Below, in pieces: positions 25,201 through 38,882 of a DNA stretch of 64,000 bases. Within the stretch, counting starts at the first letter, position 1, and each line of letters opens with the position of its first letter. The notes below the pieces were generated by a model. The model was not told the origin of the DNA and did no database searches. It saw nothing but the letters and a program-made list of their open reading frames with translations. Origin of the DNA: Eledone cirrhosa (Eukaryota); the NCBI GenBank assembly GCA_964016885.1, contig OZ024741.1, positions 43,648,001-43,712,000 of the forward strand. The letters run 5' to 3'. Made by a program: the position numbers and the translations under genes.

Positions 25201-26490
25201 ATTTCCTCTGTTGTTGTGTGGACCTGTATAGAAGTTTCGGACGTATTGAGGTTCGGTTTGTTGATGGTCTGGGTTGTAGATGTTGTTCCTTTGTGTGGGT
25301 TGGGATCTACTATTTTGGGACAGGTTCTGTGTGGGTTGGGTTCTACGGTTTTGGAATAGGTTTGTGTGGGTTGTAATCTGCGTATTGGGTCCTGTGTTGT
25401 GTTGGGCGACATTCGGTTTTTGTTAGTAGGGTTATAGTTCTGTCTATGGGTACTAGGATTATCGTTATAGTTTTGCTGGGGGTATGTTGGACGTTTATTA
25501 CTTTTTTTGTTATTTGTTGTGAGTGTGGTGCGTGAGTTTTAGTTTGTTTTAAAAATGGGTTACCTGTATGTTGTTCATTTTTGAAATCCATTTCCTTGTT
25601 GTTGAACCAGGTGGCGTTTTTTTGCCATCGCTAGAGGGATGTTAATTCTTCCTCCTCACAATTTTCTTTCCAAAGCTTTAAGGTTTTTTCATAGAGTAGG
25701 GCTTGAGAGTGCCTTGAGATTTCTGTTTTCATCTGTTGGTCGAGTGACTTGAATTTTTCTTCGTTGGAGTTGGCTCTTAACCGCAACAGTTCTATTTCTA
25801 TTTTAAACTTTTCTAACGCCATATTTCGCTAAGTTTTTGTTGGTTTTTCTGGTTCATTCGGGATGGGTTTTATTTGGAATTTTTATTTGGAGGATGATTG
25901 GGGTAGAGTTCAGCCACTTTTCATATATGTCTTCCTTGCCATTATTTTTAGGAGATTCCAAAAGGCGAACCTGCGGGCTGTGAGCTTTTGAGCCCATATA
26001 TTGAATAGGTTGTTTTTCACTGAGTGGACATCTCGTAGATTGGGTTATAATGGTTGTTCCAGCTTCTGGAGCATTGCTGTTTCAATGGTTTTGATTAGGT
26101 TAGTTAATGCTGGAGTAATATTCGTCTCTTGGTATTTTCTGCTTCTTCATGGGGTTCTTTATATAGATATGTTTTTGGTCCACTTTGTTGGTCAAAATTG
26201 AAAGTTTGGAGGAAAGCTCTTTCAATTAATTTAAGATGTCCTGGTTCAGTTGAGACTTTGGTGGCATTTTCGGTCTTCGTGTGGTGGGTATATATTAGAA
26301 ATGAGGTTTCTTTACAAGATGAAAAAAACGAGGTGTGCTACACGAGTAAAAGTGTAAGGAAAAAAGATGAAATCGAAAATGCAACTGGAGTCTTTTTTTA
26401 AAATAATATATATTTATTTGGTTCCTTTACCGGTTTCGCAGTTCTTCTGCTTTTCAAAAGTAGAATTGATATGGAGGTTTTGTGGTTCTA
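22266..26490 (-). mobile_element. Decayed near-full-length Neptune-like PLE
   Basis: RT motifs SFDVVNLYTTIPH, YKQISGTALGSKIAPTYANL and WKRYLDDC; LSKGLKFTPT; long N-terminal region; GIY-YIG remnant near 23100-23200; pLTR part with HHR at 26370-26490. Confidence 0.9.
26424..26461 (-). ncRNA. Minimal hammerhead, U3-A8 variant (Neptune-like family)
   Basis: Reverse complement reads actt-TTGAAAA-gcagaagaactgc-GAAAC-cg-GTA-aagg. Confidence 0.78.
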
Positions 26491-27394
26491 TTAGTAGAAA
26501 TGGGGGAGAGAGTTGTGTGTGTGTGTTTATTGATGTTATGTGTGTGTCTATGGGTGTTATGTGTGTGTGTATGTGTATGTGCGAGTATAGTTAGCATGTT
26601 AAGATGGAGAGAATACATTGTGTGTGTAGGAAAGTGATTCCAATATTAGAAATGGGGGAGGGAGTTATGTGTGGGTGCGGGGTGTGGTTAGCATGTTAAA
26701 GTGTTAGAGCATTAACGTATGTTAAGGTTTATTTAGTTCTGGTTTTTATTTGCTAAAGTAGAATGTGTTATGTGTCTGTGTATGTATGTGTCTGTTTGGA
26801 TGGTTAGCATGCTATGGTGTTGACATAATGTATATTAAACTATATTTAATGCTGGTCTATAATTTTTGAAGAAACATATTTTCATTATTTATTCGTATTT
26901 GTTCTGTTGTATTGTCAGCGCAAAGATAAAATGGGAAGACTTGGAATTTGGGTGACTTATTACTTCCGCATATGTCTAGATGTGCACTTAGTGGTTGGAT
27001 CTCGTAATTGTTGGCGATGAACTGTCATTCTGTTTCTGAGTGTGAGTTTAATTTGTCCTACATAATCTTAATTGATTCTTTACATTTAATGGCATGGAAG
27101 TAGATTTTTTGATGAGCAAGTGAAGTGATTTTTTACAGCAAAATTTTGTCCTGATTGAAATGTATACGTTGTTGCATTTAATGAGGTGAGTGCAGGTTCC
27201 ACAATTAGAGCGACCACATTTTTTGACAGTTGGTTGTGGGTTTGTGGTAGGTAATTTGGCATTGGTGAGTAATATTTTAAGTGATTTCCGTTGTCTTAGG
27301 GTTTTGATTATTTTGTGTGTGTCAAAGGCTATTTTCATTCATGGGTCTTATTTCAATAGTGGGATGTTCTTGTGAATAGTGTTGTAAGTTTCTG
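26490..27394 (-). mobile_element. Upstream tandem 3' segment (GIY-YIG + UTR) of the same PLE
   Basis: Direct repeat of ~22500-23430. Encodes KKCGRSNCGTC (Cys linker) on the minus strand. Confidence 0.85.
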
Positions 27395-30300
27395 CCCAAC
27401 AAATTAAAATTCTCTCCAAAGGACTGAAATTCACACCAACACCAAAATACTCTAACCTCAATGAGATAAATGACGATATCTCACATTTCTGTAGAAATTT
27501 ACGTTTCACAGAGGAATTCTTTGACAAGGGGAATAACGACTAATCAGTTGTACGGAATAAAAGCAGCTACAACACAAGAAAAGGTAGAAACGGAGTTCTG
27601 GACAAGTGTTTTGACCACATAGCAACTTTCCCATACCGAAACCTAAACCCAAAACCAATACGATTATAATTAAGGAAGCGAACAAGGGAAGTTCTCTCGT
27701 CATTATGGATACTGAACAATATAAATATTCTATGTTCTCTCTCTCACAAGATACTAACTACTATGAAAGAGTAAAAAACTACCAGCAATCAAAAACGATG
27801 AACAGATTAAACACATTCATTTGTCGATACCAGGAAGAGTTAACTAAAAAGGAACGCGATTATTTAACACATTTTGGATACAAAACCAGCAACCTTTACG
27901 GACTTCTGAAGATCCACATGTGTAAAATAATTAACGATGCCTGTAAACAATCCACCTCAACCTGCATGAACACACAATACCCCCACCTACCTTAAATTAG
28001 GACCAATTTTAGAGGCCCACAATGTGAAACACACAGACTAAGCAACTGTATAGACATACTACTAAAACCAACACTCAAACACATACCAATCCTTATAAGA
28101 GACGATGTGAACCTCTTAAACCACCTCCCCAAACATGTCAACAACGACACTATTATTGTATCCTTCGATGTAGTGAATCTCTACACAACTATCCCACACC
28201 AATACGGACTAGAAGCAATAGGATTCTGGCTAGAGAAATATCCCAATGAGATACCTGACAGAATAGAAAAAAGCTTCATCACCGAGGGATTAACATTTAT
28301 TTTTAAGAACAACTTATTTTATTTCGATGGCAGTACTTACAAGCAAATATCGGGGACTTCCACAAATATTCATCAGAGAATTGGAAACGGTGCTTGGATG
28401 ATTGTCTAATTATTTGGTCCCACACACTTGAACAACTAAATGACTTCAAAAATTGATTTAACGGCATCAATAACCACATCCAATTCACAACAGAATACAA
28501 CCAGATCAATTCTCATTTCTGGACATCTTAATCTTAAAAAAAGACACAAATATTGAAACTGACATAGAGTACAAACCAACAGATTCCAAACAATAACTGC
28601 TATTCACCTCCCAGCATCCAACGCACACGAAGACGAACACCCCTTTTAACCTAGCAAGAAGAATTTGCACAATTGTCTCCGAGTATGAAACGCCAAATAA
28701 AAGACTTCAGGAATTAATGGAAATTCTACTCGAAAGACAGTACCCATCATTACTAATAAATAATGAAATAGAAAGGGCTAAAAAAATAGGCAATAATGAA
28801 TTACGAAAACAGAAACAAATTCAAGGTACGTCCAATATTCTATCATATATTTCAACACACAACCCAAGAAATGCGGAACCTTACAACACTATTCACAAGA
28901 ACATCCCACTATTGAAACAAGCCCCAAGAATGAAAGAAGCCCTTGAAACACACAAAATAATCAAAAGCAAAAGACAACCGAATTGACTTAAAACATTACT
29001 CACCAATGCCAAATTACCTACCACAAACCCACAATCAAAACATGTTGTTGCTCTAATTGTGGAACCTGCACTTACTTCATTGAAAGCAACTCGTATACAT
29101 TTCAATCAGGACAAAATTTTGCTGTAAAAAATCATTTCATTTGCTTATAAAAAAATCTACTTTATCCCATTAAATGTAAAGGATGCAATGAAGATTATAT
29201 AGGACAATTTAAACTCACACTCAGAAACAGAATGACAGTTCATCCCCAACAATTACGAGATCCAACCACAAGACAGATACCACTAAGTGCACATCTAGAC
29301 ATATGCGCAAGTAATAAGTCACCCAAATTCCAAGTCTTCCCAATTCATCTTTGCGCTGACAATACAACAGAACAAATACGTATGAATAAGGAAAATATGT
29401 TTCTTCAAAAATATAGACCAGCATTAAATATAGTTTAATATACATTATGTCAACACCATAACATGCTAACCATCCAAACAGACACATACATACACACACA
29501 CATAACACATTCTACTTTAGAAAATAAAAATCAGAACTAAATAAACCTTAACATACGTTAATACACTAACACCTAAACATGCTAACCCCACACACCCACC
29601 CACACATAACTCCCTCCCCCATTTCTATTAAAGGAATCACACACACAAGAAATTATATATATAATCTTCCCGTCTTAACATGTTTACCATACTCCCACAC
29701 ACATACACAAACACACACACCTAACACCCATACAAACACACGCAACTCCCTCCCCATTTCTACTAATAGAATCATTTTCCTACACACACACTCAAAAAAT
29801 ATATATTCTCTCCATCTTAGCATGCTAACCATACTCCCACACACACATAACACGCATACATACACACAACTCCCTCCCCCTTTTCTACTAATAGTATCAA
29901 CTTCCTAAACACACACACAAGCACACAAAGAAACATACATATCTCTACTTTCTTTATTTCAATAGAAAAATCTGAATTGAATTCTGACATCCCAGCTCAC
30001 CAACCATATTCACTGAACCAGAACAATTCTCCCCATTCCGTTTTTCTTGACCATTATCTTTTGTTTGGCACAATATTCTCTAAAAGGCTACAAAATGGAT
30101 TCCCAAATACAGGTGCGAAATTTAATGTACTTGTTCACGTGAGTCATAATTTCATTTATAACCAACCAAATTTCATTTCAGCACATCAGTCATACTCAGA
30201 ACAACTCTCTCCATCCATTTTACTTGACTATTATCTTTTGTTTGGTACAAAATTCTCTAAATGGCTACAACATTTCCAAAATACGGGCGCGAAATTTAAT

Positions 30301-30820
30301 GTACTTGTTCACGTGACAGTCATAATTTCATTTGTAACAAATCAAATTACATTTATAAAAAAAAAGATTTCGTGAGCCACCTTTTTTTAAGTAAAAAGAA
30401 ATTCAAACACAAACTGGCGCGAAAGCTGATGTGGTTATTCATGTGAGTGCATCAACCAAGGAAACTTCACTCACATATGAAAAAACAACCTGAGCCCCCC
30501 ACTGCCCACCCCCTTTGGTTGAAGGCAAATATAATAAGAACTTTGTAACGCCAACTGGCGCGAAATTTATTATACTTATTCACCAACCAATCAACCAAAT
30601 TACTTCTCTAAAAACCTAGCATTTCGAGCCACTTTTTTTCATATAAAACAGAAGTAACATTCAAAGACCAACCAGATCTGAGAAAAACCACAAACCCTCC
30701 ATCTCAATTCTACTTTTGAAAAGCAGAAGAACTGTAACCGGTAAAAGAACCAAATAAATATATATATCTAAAATAAAGACTCCAGTTGCATTTTCGATTT
30801 CATCTATTTTCCTTTCCTTA
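27395..30820 (+). mobile_element. 5'-truncated inverted copy of the Neptune-like PLE
   Basis: Starts at gcccaacaaattaa (reverse complement of ~25045-25058). RT fragment SFDVVNLYTTIPH. Decayed HHR at 30712-30747. Tail followed by (TA)n. Confidence 0.9.
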
Positions 30821-30869
30821 TATATATATATAATTCAAGAAAAAAGAGCTTCCCGCTTGATTTTGCGTC

Positions 30870-32255
30870 AATCTATCTCCTTTTATATAGGAGTGGTATT
30901 AAACCAGAACAATAATATCAATAATAAAATAAAATAAGTAGATAGTGAATAGTTAAAATAATAACATCAATATCAGTAAGAAATGATGTATAATGATGAA
31001 TCTAGCATGTTAAACGAACTGATATTATACATGTGTATGAAATTGACATGTGAAAACTGCTATTGGGTACGTTAGATATAGTGTTAAGGTGGAGGAGATA
31101 TAACAGTGACAACTAAAATGTACTTGGGGGTCAAGATTTATGAGGTGTGTACTTTGCTGTAGGTGTGCTGGCAATAAACCGGGGAATTTCGTATTGTCTG
31201 ACAGATAAAGATTTTCGTAGTATTAATTTAGTGATAATGATAGTTTTTATGTGGTGTTAAGTGGGGTTGTAGATTCGTTATTTAAGTGGTCTATACTAAA
31301 AGTAGGGATTCTTAATTCGAATCATGGGGGTTTAGTTTTCACAACATCAATAAACAATCGTGTATAAATAAAACAATAATAACAACAATAATAGTAGAGA
31401 TAATAAAGGTAATAAAATAGTAAAATATGCATGGTAGATATAGACAACATGATGAATAATATTAGGGATACATTGATATGTTCATAATAATAATAAAAGG
31501 AAAGTGAGATTTCAAGGAGTGTAGGAGTAATAAAATAATGTACTTAGAATTAAGTTCATCTGTTCTAGATCATGAGTGCTAATGTGAGATATAATTGTTT
31601 GGTCCTAAGGAGTGAACAACATCAATGGGATTGATTTATAAGTTAGTTGTAGACATATCCCAGTGGAATAGAATTAGGGAGGCTAGAAGGAGTTTATAGA
31701 AGATTATATTCTGTGTGAGAATGCGGATGTCAAATGTTAAATGCTAAGTGATGTTGGTTCGAATTACGGTGGTTTAAATCTCGCGAATTTAGTGGCATTC
31801 CTATGTCTACAGAAAATTGACCTTTTTATTTTGCTGTTGAGTAGCATTTTATCGTTCCTTAAGATATGCAGCAAATCAAGGTTGTTAATTCCGCAATGGG
31901 ACATACCACTGCTATAGGATTTTGCGGCCGCCAATTTCGACCAGTTAATATTATAATCAAGGTTTTTGTCCTTAAGTTGCCAGATTTTATTGGCGAGGCT
32001 TGGAGAATTTACCAGTGCACGGTTTTTCATTGAATGTCTGTGCACATACCATCTTTTTTTTAAAACACCCGCGGTGTATCCAATGTAGTGCCAAGTGGAT
32101 TTGCCCGAGTTTACAGTGCACATGTACACTAGGCTCGAATCAAGACACCTATTCGCTAATGGGCATTTGTACGGTAAGTGACAATTGGAGTTCGAGGTAT
32201 TACTCTGTGCAGCTTTTACATTGTGGTTTTGCAAACTGGTATATGTGGATTGTGA
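30870..32255 (-). mobile_element. 3' fragment of a second Naiad-type PLE (GIY-YIG + 3' UTR)
   Basis: CHLPYKCPLANRC, LVYMCTV..WHYIGYT, LANKIWQLKDK..INWS, homologous to the 14650-15125 region. Left boundary approximate. Confidence 0.8.
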
Positions 32256-32863
32256 TTCGTGCCTATTAAAGTGCAGAAACATGACAACAACATACATAGT
32301 CGAGACAGCTCGTAGCATAGGGGAATGGATAGACCAACACTGGGGGGACCTAAAAGGACGAAAAAACGTTTCAGTACTATACGAACAAGCCAGACAATAA
32401 CACGACGGTAACATAGACAACATAGAAATTAGAATAATATCTAAACATAGAAATGACCCAGTAGAAAGAAGATCAGAGAGGCCAGTGACATAGAACTTAG
32501 AAGACCAAAGCTAAACAGATAAAATGAATGGAATAACAGCAACACCCAAACAAACAATACTGACCTAAGAGACATATAAATAAATAAATAAATAGATACA
32601 CAAGCACAATAACAACAAACACATATAAAAACACTAGTAAACTAAGATAGAATACAATAACCAAAACATAGTCACCCAAATACGAACAGACACCAAACGC
32701 TATAAACACACGCAAACGCATGCGCAGAGAAGCCAAACATAAATAAATAATTAAATAAATAAACAGATTAAATAAAGATGGCGCAGACATACAATACAAC
32801 ACGAGGAAACATAATAGCACCACTGGCGATGTTGCAGATGTGCAACGAAAGAACTTTGTTAGA
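32255..32863 (+). mobile_element. 3' fragment of another PLE (GIY-YIG remnant + pLTR with decayed HHR at 32821-32858)
   Basis: TTYIVETARSIGEWIDQH..VLYEQ..NIEIRIISKHRNDP is homologous to the minus-strand frame at 63850-64000. HHR remnant ca-CTGGCGA-tgttgca gatg tgcaac-GAAAG-aa-CTT-tg. Confidence 0.7.
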
Positions 32864-33112
32864 ATATATATATGTGTTTGTGTCTATATTGTATCTGTAT
32901 TTTTGACCGTTGGTCAGTCAATGGTAACATTGAGGACCGAATAAATTAACTGATATAAAATATTCAGAAGCGAAAACCAACCAAACAGTGAGTGTGTTCT
33001 GTTATTAATTCTGGCAATATTATTACAACAATATGACCCTCCCCAAGTATAACAATATTTGTTTCGACACACGATTTCATATCAAAAACCTCGCAAAACT
33101 AATTCATCGCCG

Positions 33113-33148
<36 letters not shown>

Positions 33149-34173
33149 AAATGAAGAGACGGAACAACAATTCTAAACTAGTTCTGGCTTTATGATTGGT
33201 TCTAGTTTACAATTTTGATTTCATCTGTTTATTTGTTTATATATGATCAATGTTTATGTCTATGTTTTCATAACTTTTCCCTTAATAATGTCTTTCATTC
33301 CTATAACCATTATTATATAAACACATTGAGCTCAGACTAAAAGTATTAGGTAATTATATACTTTTGTATATAACACATTATATACAAATTGAGAGATATT
33401 TTTTAACCTCTGCTATATGAATATATATATATATATATAGTTTCGTTGACAAATATATAAATGTGCCCAGACACGCAGATATATTGCCCTTGGTATGACA
33501 GTGTGGTTTTACCTCAATGTAGAATAACTGGTATAATACAGAGCCGTTATAGGTTTAGATCTTCGGAGTATATGTTTTGGAAACATAGTGTTACTTCGCC
33601 TAACGTTCGGAACTGGAACCAATGGATGTTGTCCGTGGGGTGCTGATAAGATACGGAGGTTCGACCTTTACAAGGCGGTATAATCTTCCTATAGACAATC
33701 CTACATGTAAAGCTGCACCAACTATCCTTCTCACAGACTCATGCTTACAAGACCTGTTAATCTGACTGTACATCCTGTATCTATACTGCTTGCGCTTTGA
33801 TATATTTATGCCTTGATTTGTTTGTTACTGTTGGTGTTTTGCTCCTGCGTTTTTTATTGTTTTTTATTTTTTTTATTTTTTTATTGTTTTTGTTCATGCT
33901 GAGTAACACCTTTACTCATTCCCTGCTACCCTCTCCCAACCTTCTTGTCATCTATTGCACCATGTAAATTATAAATTATTGATGTGATCTTTGAAGTAAT
34001 TTTTGGACATTTTTTTTTGACATTTTTTATGACATTTGATGACAGTATATGCGTCATGAATTGTGTCTGTTTCTATTTAGCGCTGGCCTCGGGACACCCC
34101 TGCTGGCCCCTTAACATTGTTCTGGTGACGTAGCTTGATGGAGTATGCAACTATTGATATACTCTTGTTTATA

Positions 34174-34220
34174 GGCTCTGATGATTCCTGCCTTAGGGTA
34201 CGGATGAAACACTGTTAGCT
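34174..34220 (+). ncRNA. Minimal type I hammerhead near the end of a (TA)n-flanked element (~33440-34265)
   Basis: ggct-CTGATGA-ttcc tgcct tagggta c ggat-GAAAC-act-GTT-agct. Confidence 0.78.
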
Positions 34221-34263
34221 AATAAAACAATGTATTTGTAAGCACTCTTTGGTTATTTCTAAA

Positions 34264-34304
<41 letters not shown>

Positions 34305-34312
34305 TGTGAGTG

Positions 34313-34395
<83 letters not shown>

Positions 34396-34432
34396 AGATA
34401 TATGTATATATTATATGTATATATATATATAC

Positions 34433-35202
<770 letters not shown>

Positions 35203-35247
35203 TTTAGTTAGCGTGTTGCACGTATATCTATTTTGGCTCCATTATGT

Positions 35248-35412
35248 TCTAGGGTTGGACGCCATGCTTTCCAGCATAGTTACGTCCCTTTACGATCTGA
35301 GTTCAAATCCCGCCTAGGTTGACTTTGCCTTTCATCCTTACGGGGTCGATAAAATAAAGTACCAGTAATACAATGGGTAATTGCTGGCCTCTGCCTAAAG
35401 TAGAGACAATTA
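35248..35412 (+). mobile_element. tRNA-derived SINE, family 1 (5'-truncated)
   Basis: B box gagttcaaatccc, central block and agtagagacaattat tail. Confidence 0.8.
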
Positions 35413-35466
35413 TGTTCTGCACCTAACGAAAATACGCCAGATTGAATGTGATGAATATATATATAT

Positions 35467-36017
35467 ACACCAACTTTTCTATAGATTGAGTGCTCTCTCC
35501 GCGCAGGCTTTCCGCATGTTCAAATCTTCAGTGAGAATCTATCAGACGCTGTCCCGATTCATGCCCAGCTCATTTGCCATCAGTCGAACAGTCAGCCGAC
35601 GATCGGTACGCACCATCTGCCTAACGCGCTCAACGTTGACTTCTGTCCTGGTTGTTGAGAGCCTTCCGCTTCTGGGGTCATCTTCCACGTCCTCGCATCC
35701 TTCTTTAAACCTCCTGCACCACTCAAAAACACGTGAGCGTGACATCGTCTCATCGCCATACACTTGCTGCAGCAATCCCAGTGCTTCTGATGGAGATTCC
35801 AAGCTTATCCATTCTTCTGTGCTCATTGCTTGACGACCTGAAACAGAGGAGATGTATATAAAATTATGAAGAAAAAAGTTCGATCGCTGCAGAGAGTTTA
35901 GATTACAGTTACATACTCCATGGGGATTATTTTGAAGGAGAACACACTTAGTGTGAAGTTTGGGTTTGAAATAAATCTTTTGTGACATCAGTCCTGGAAC
36001 TTTTCTGACCCACCTCG
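35467..36017 (-). mobile_element. Truncated mariner transposon (left TIR + transposase HTH)
   Basis: TA|CGAGGTGGGTCAGAAAAGTTCC end and VYGDETMSRSRVFEWCRRFKEG..DDPRSGR..DRRLTVR mariner N-terminus. Confidence 0.9.
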
Positions 36018-36043
<26 letters not shown>

Positions 36044-36049
<6 letters not shown>

Positions 36050-36622
36050 TTTCGTATCTCCAAAGAAATACGGTTTTAGAAAGCCGTAGCTATGCAAACA
36101 CCGGGGGGATAATACCCTCTGGTGATGTCCAGCAGAAGCAAGGAGGACAACCATCTATGTATTTCGGGCTTAACTGGCCATCGTCAGGAGGGTCCCTCCC
36201 ACCGCTTGCGACTGCTGGACTAGAAAACAGGCGAGAATATATAGTTTTCTCGTCTGTGTAATATTTATACATATTGTATGAAGCTATGCTTGCAGCGAAA
36301 TCCTATTTCTTTTCTATTATAAGTTGAGCCAACTTATGCAGCTTCATATGCAAATGAGATTAATCACCTCATTTAAACTGACGAGAAAACTATATATTCT
36401 CGCCTGTCTTCTAGTCCAGCAGTCGCAAGACCGTCCTGACGATAGCCAGTTAAGTATGAAATAAATAGATGGTTGTCCCCCTTGCTTCTGCTGGATATCA
36501 CCAGAGGGCGTTAGCCCCCCGGTGTTTGCATAGTTACGGCGTCCTAAAACCGTATTTCATTTGAGATACGAAATATTTATACATATTGTATAAAGCTATG
36601 CTTGAAGCGAAATCCTATTTCT
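36044..36622 (+). mobile_element. Asymmetric fold-back element, family D (HHRs at 36150-36193 minus and 36430-36473 plus)
   Basis: 36044-36260 is inverted relative to ~36375-36581. The tail occurs internally (36260-36311) and at the end. HHR accgtc-CTGACGA-...-GAAAT-aa-ATA-gatggt. Confidence 0.85.
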
Positions 36623-36662
36623 TATATATATATACACACACACACACACATATATATATACA

Positions 36663-36800
36663 TAACAAAGAAAGTGTGGTAAGAAACCAGGTAGATCATA
36701 ACGCACCAGAGTACTCGATACTTAGTAGGAGAGTGGGTAATAGGAAAACATGCAGGACACCAACGACTGAGCTCCGGCCGTTACGGCAGCTAGATCCGAA
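36663..36800 (-). mobile_element. Family A single-arm fragment
   Basis: taacaaagaaagtgtggtaagaaaccaggtagatcataacgcacc matches the family A tail. Confidence 0.8.
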
Positions 36801-36825
36801 CTCATATATATATATATATATATAT

Positions 36826-37020
36826 AGTTCTACTTTTGAAGGGTCGTGCTGCAAATATAAACACATGCATCTCTTGGTTTCCATTTGAACTTTTAATAAC
36901 TGGTTGTTTGTTCATTTGTTTCTTGTCAAAGCTCTTTCTTCACTCATTTTATGACATCCTCATTTGTTATTTTGTCTCTCCTTTGTTCTGTCCTACACCA
37001 CATTGCTTTTGTGAGCTGTG
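36826..37020 (-). mobile_element. pLTR fragment related to 63400-63700, with decayed HHR
   Basis: Shares ttgtcaaag(c/t)tcttt and tctcctttgttctgtcctac with 63575-63670. Confidence 0.6.
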
Positions 37021-37142
37021 AGCTGTAAGCTGTGTAATTCCTTTTATTTATTAACTAACTGTTCAATCTGCACATAATGATATCGTCAGTATAATACTTA
37101 AGCAGGCAATTGAAATATATATAGTCGTGTTTGCAATGATAA

Positions 37143-37559
37143 TGTAGTGACCTACATTCCGCGGGCTCACATACATTCTCTGTGCGTGATTTGGCTCAGC
37201 TCAGCCAATCAGCGCCAGTAGAAGAGGATGTATCCCTACGCGTTCTGAGGGAGAAATAGCCCGCAAAGATTTGAGGACGCTATCACTTCAAGCTAGACCA
37301 AGCTAATGTAAACACCACTTGTTCTTTTGCTCCGCCAGCACAAACAATATGTAACGACACAACAATTTTACTACGGAATTGGCTAAACGCCTCAGCCAGT
37401 CGACCGTATTTTCTCTTGTAATCTTAATTGATTTGTTTTATTTCTCTTGGCATGCCAGCTCAACCTCTGTTAATAAATAATGTAAAACCAAGCTAAAGTC
37501 GTTGTCGATATTCCTATCATATCATTCTACCAAACCTGGTTCCTCGTGGCGGCATTACA
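37143..37559 (+). mobile_element. Possible solo LTR
   Basis: TGTAGTG...CATTACA ends and aataaa at ~37472. No clear TSD. Confidence 0.35.
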
Positions 37560-37851
37560 ACTCTCTACCACATTGGTGACAATATACCTACACCTAAAAT
37601 AACATTTTAAAGGGATACCTACATACCAACAATCTGTTATTTTAATTAAATAAATATTTAACTCCGTTCCTTTACCAGCCATGGGATTCAACATTAAAAT
37701 TGGATGAGTTGCAAAACTTAGAGTGCTTTTCTTGAGTGGTTAACTAAACAGAATGACCAATACTATCCATTGGTGAACCACGCAACACACAGATACAGAC
37801 ACAAACACAGACGCAGACACACACACAGACACACAGACACACAGACACGCA

Positions 37852-37967
<116 letters not shown>

Positions 37968-38882
37968 TATGTATATATGTATGTATATATACAATCACGT
38001 GTGTGTACGTATGTACCAATCTTTGGGTAATTGCAACAAAATTGACTAACAGGATCTCCAAACCGTTAACGTCTAGACATCTTTGTGTGGTCATCTTCAT
38101 GACCTTTTGTGATTGATGCAGATTTTCTAGAATAAATGTTTTCCATAATTCATCTAAGTCTGGTCAATACCATTTGCTTTAATATTTCAAATTTACTTTA
38201 AACATTTTAGGTTTCAGACTGTTGAATACACTATTGGAAATATGTTACTTTTCTTCATCATTTCATTCTATATGAACATCATTCGCAAAGGTCAACAAAT
38301 ACCTCACCCAATGCTATTTTTACATCGGTGAAAAGTTTAACAACACTATCTCTTAACATTATGTCAGATACATTTTGGACCAAAATAAATACCATTCGTT
38401 TTTTGCTTATTTTACAGATTATTAAACTTCGTATTGAATACATACGCTAACTATGCAGAAATGTTACCCATACAATGAGAGAGTTAGAACTATGATTTTA
38501 TGTCTGTTTATCCTAGGTTAAATGAAGCGTGGAGATTAAGCACGTTTAATGGGTGTTACGTGATTAAGAATACATTGGAGGGGAGGCAAGTAACATAGAT
38601 CAATGTCCACATAGCCGCTGCTGGTATTAAGTTTCAACTGTATGAACTGTAGCAACGTGAAAACAAGTGATATCCTCAAGTACCTAACATTTTAACCAAT
38701 ATGGAAATCGAACCACATTGCTTCATACTTTCACGTATCCCTATCTCCATTTAATAACCGATATAATGAGCCAACGAATTGCAGGATTATATCAATCCAA
38801 AACATGGCTAGTACTTTATTTTATATACACTTGGAAAGAAGAAAAACAATGTGGATCTCAGCGCGATTTAAATTCAAAATCA

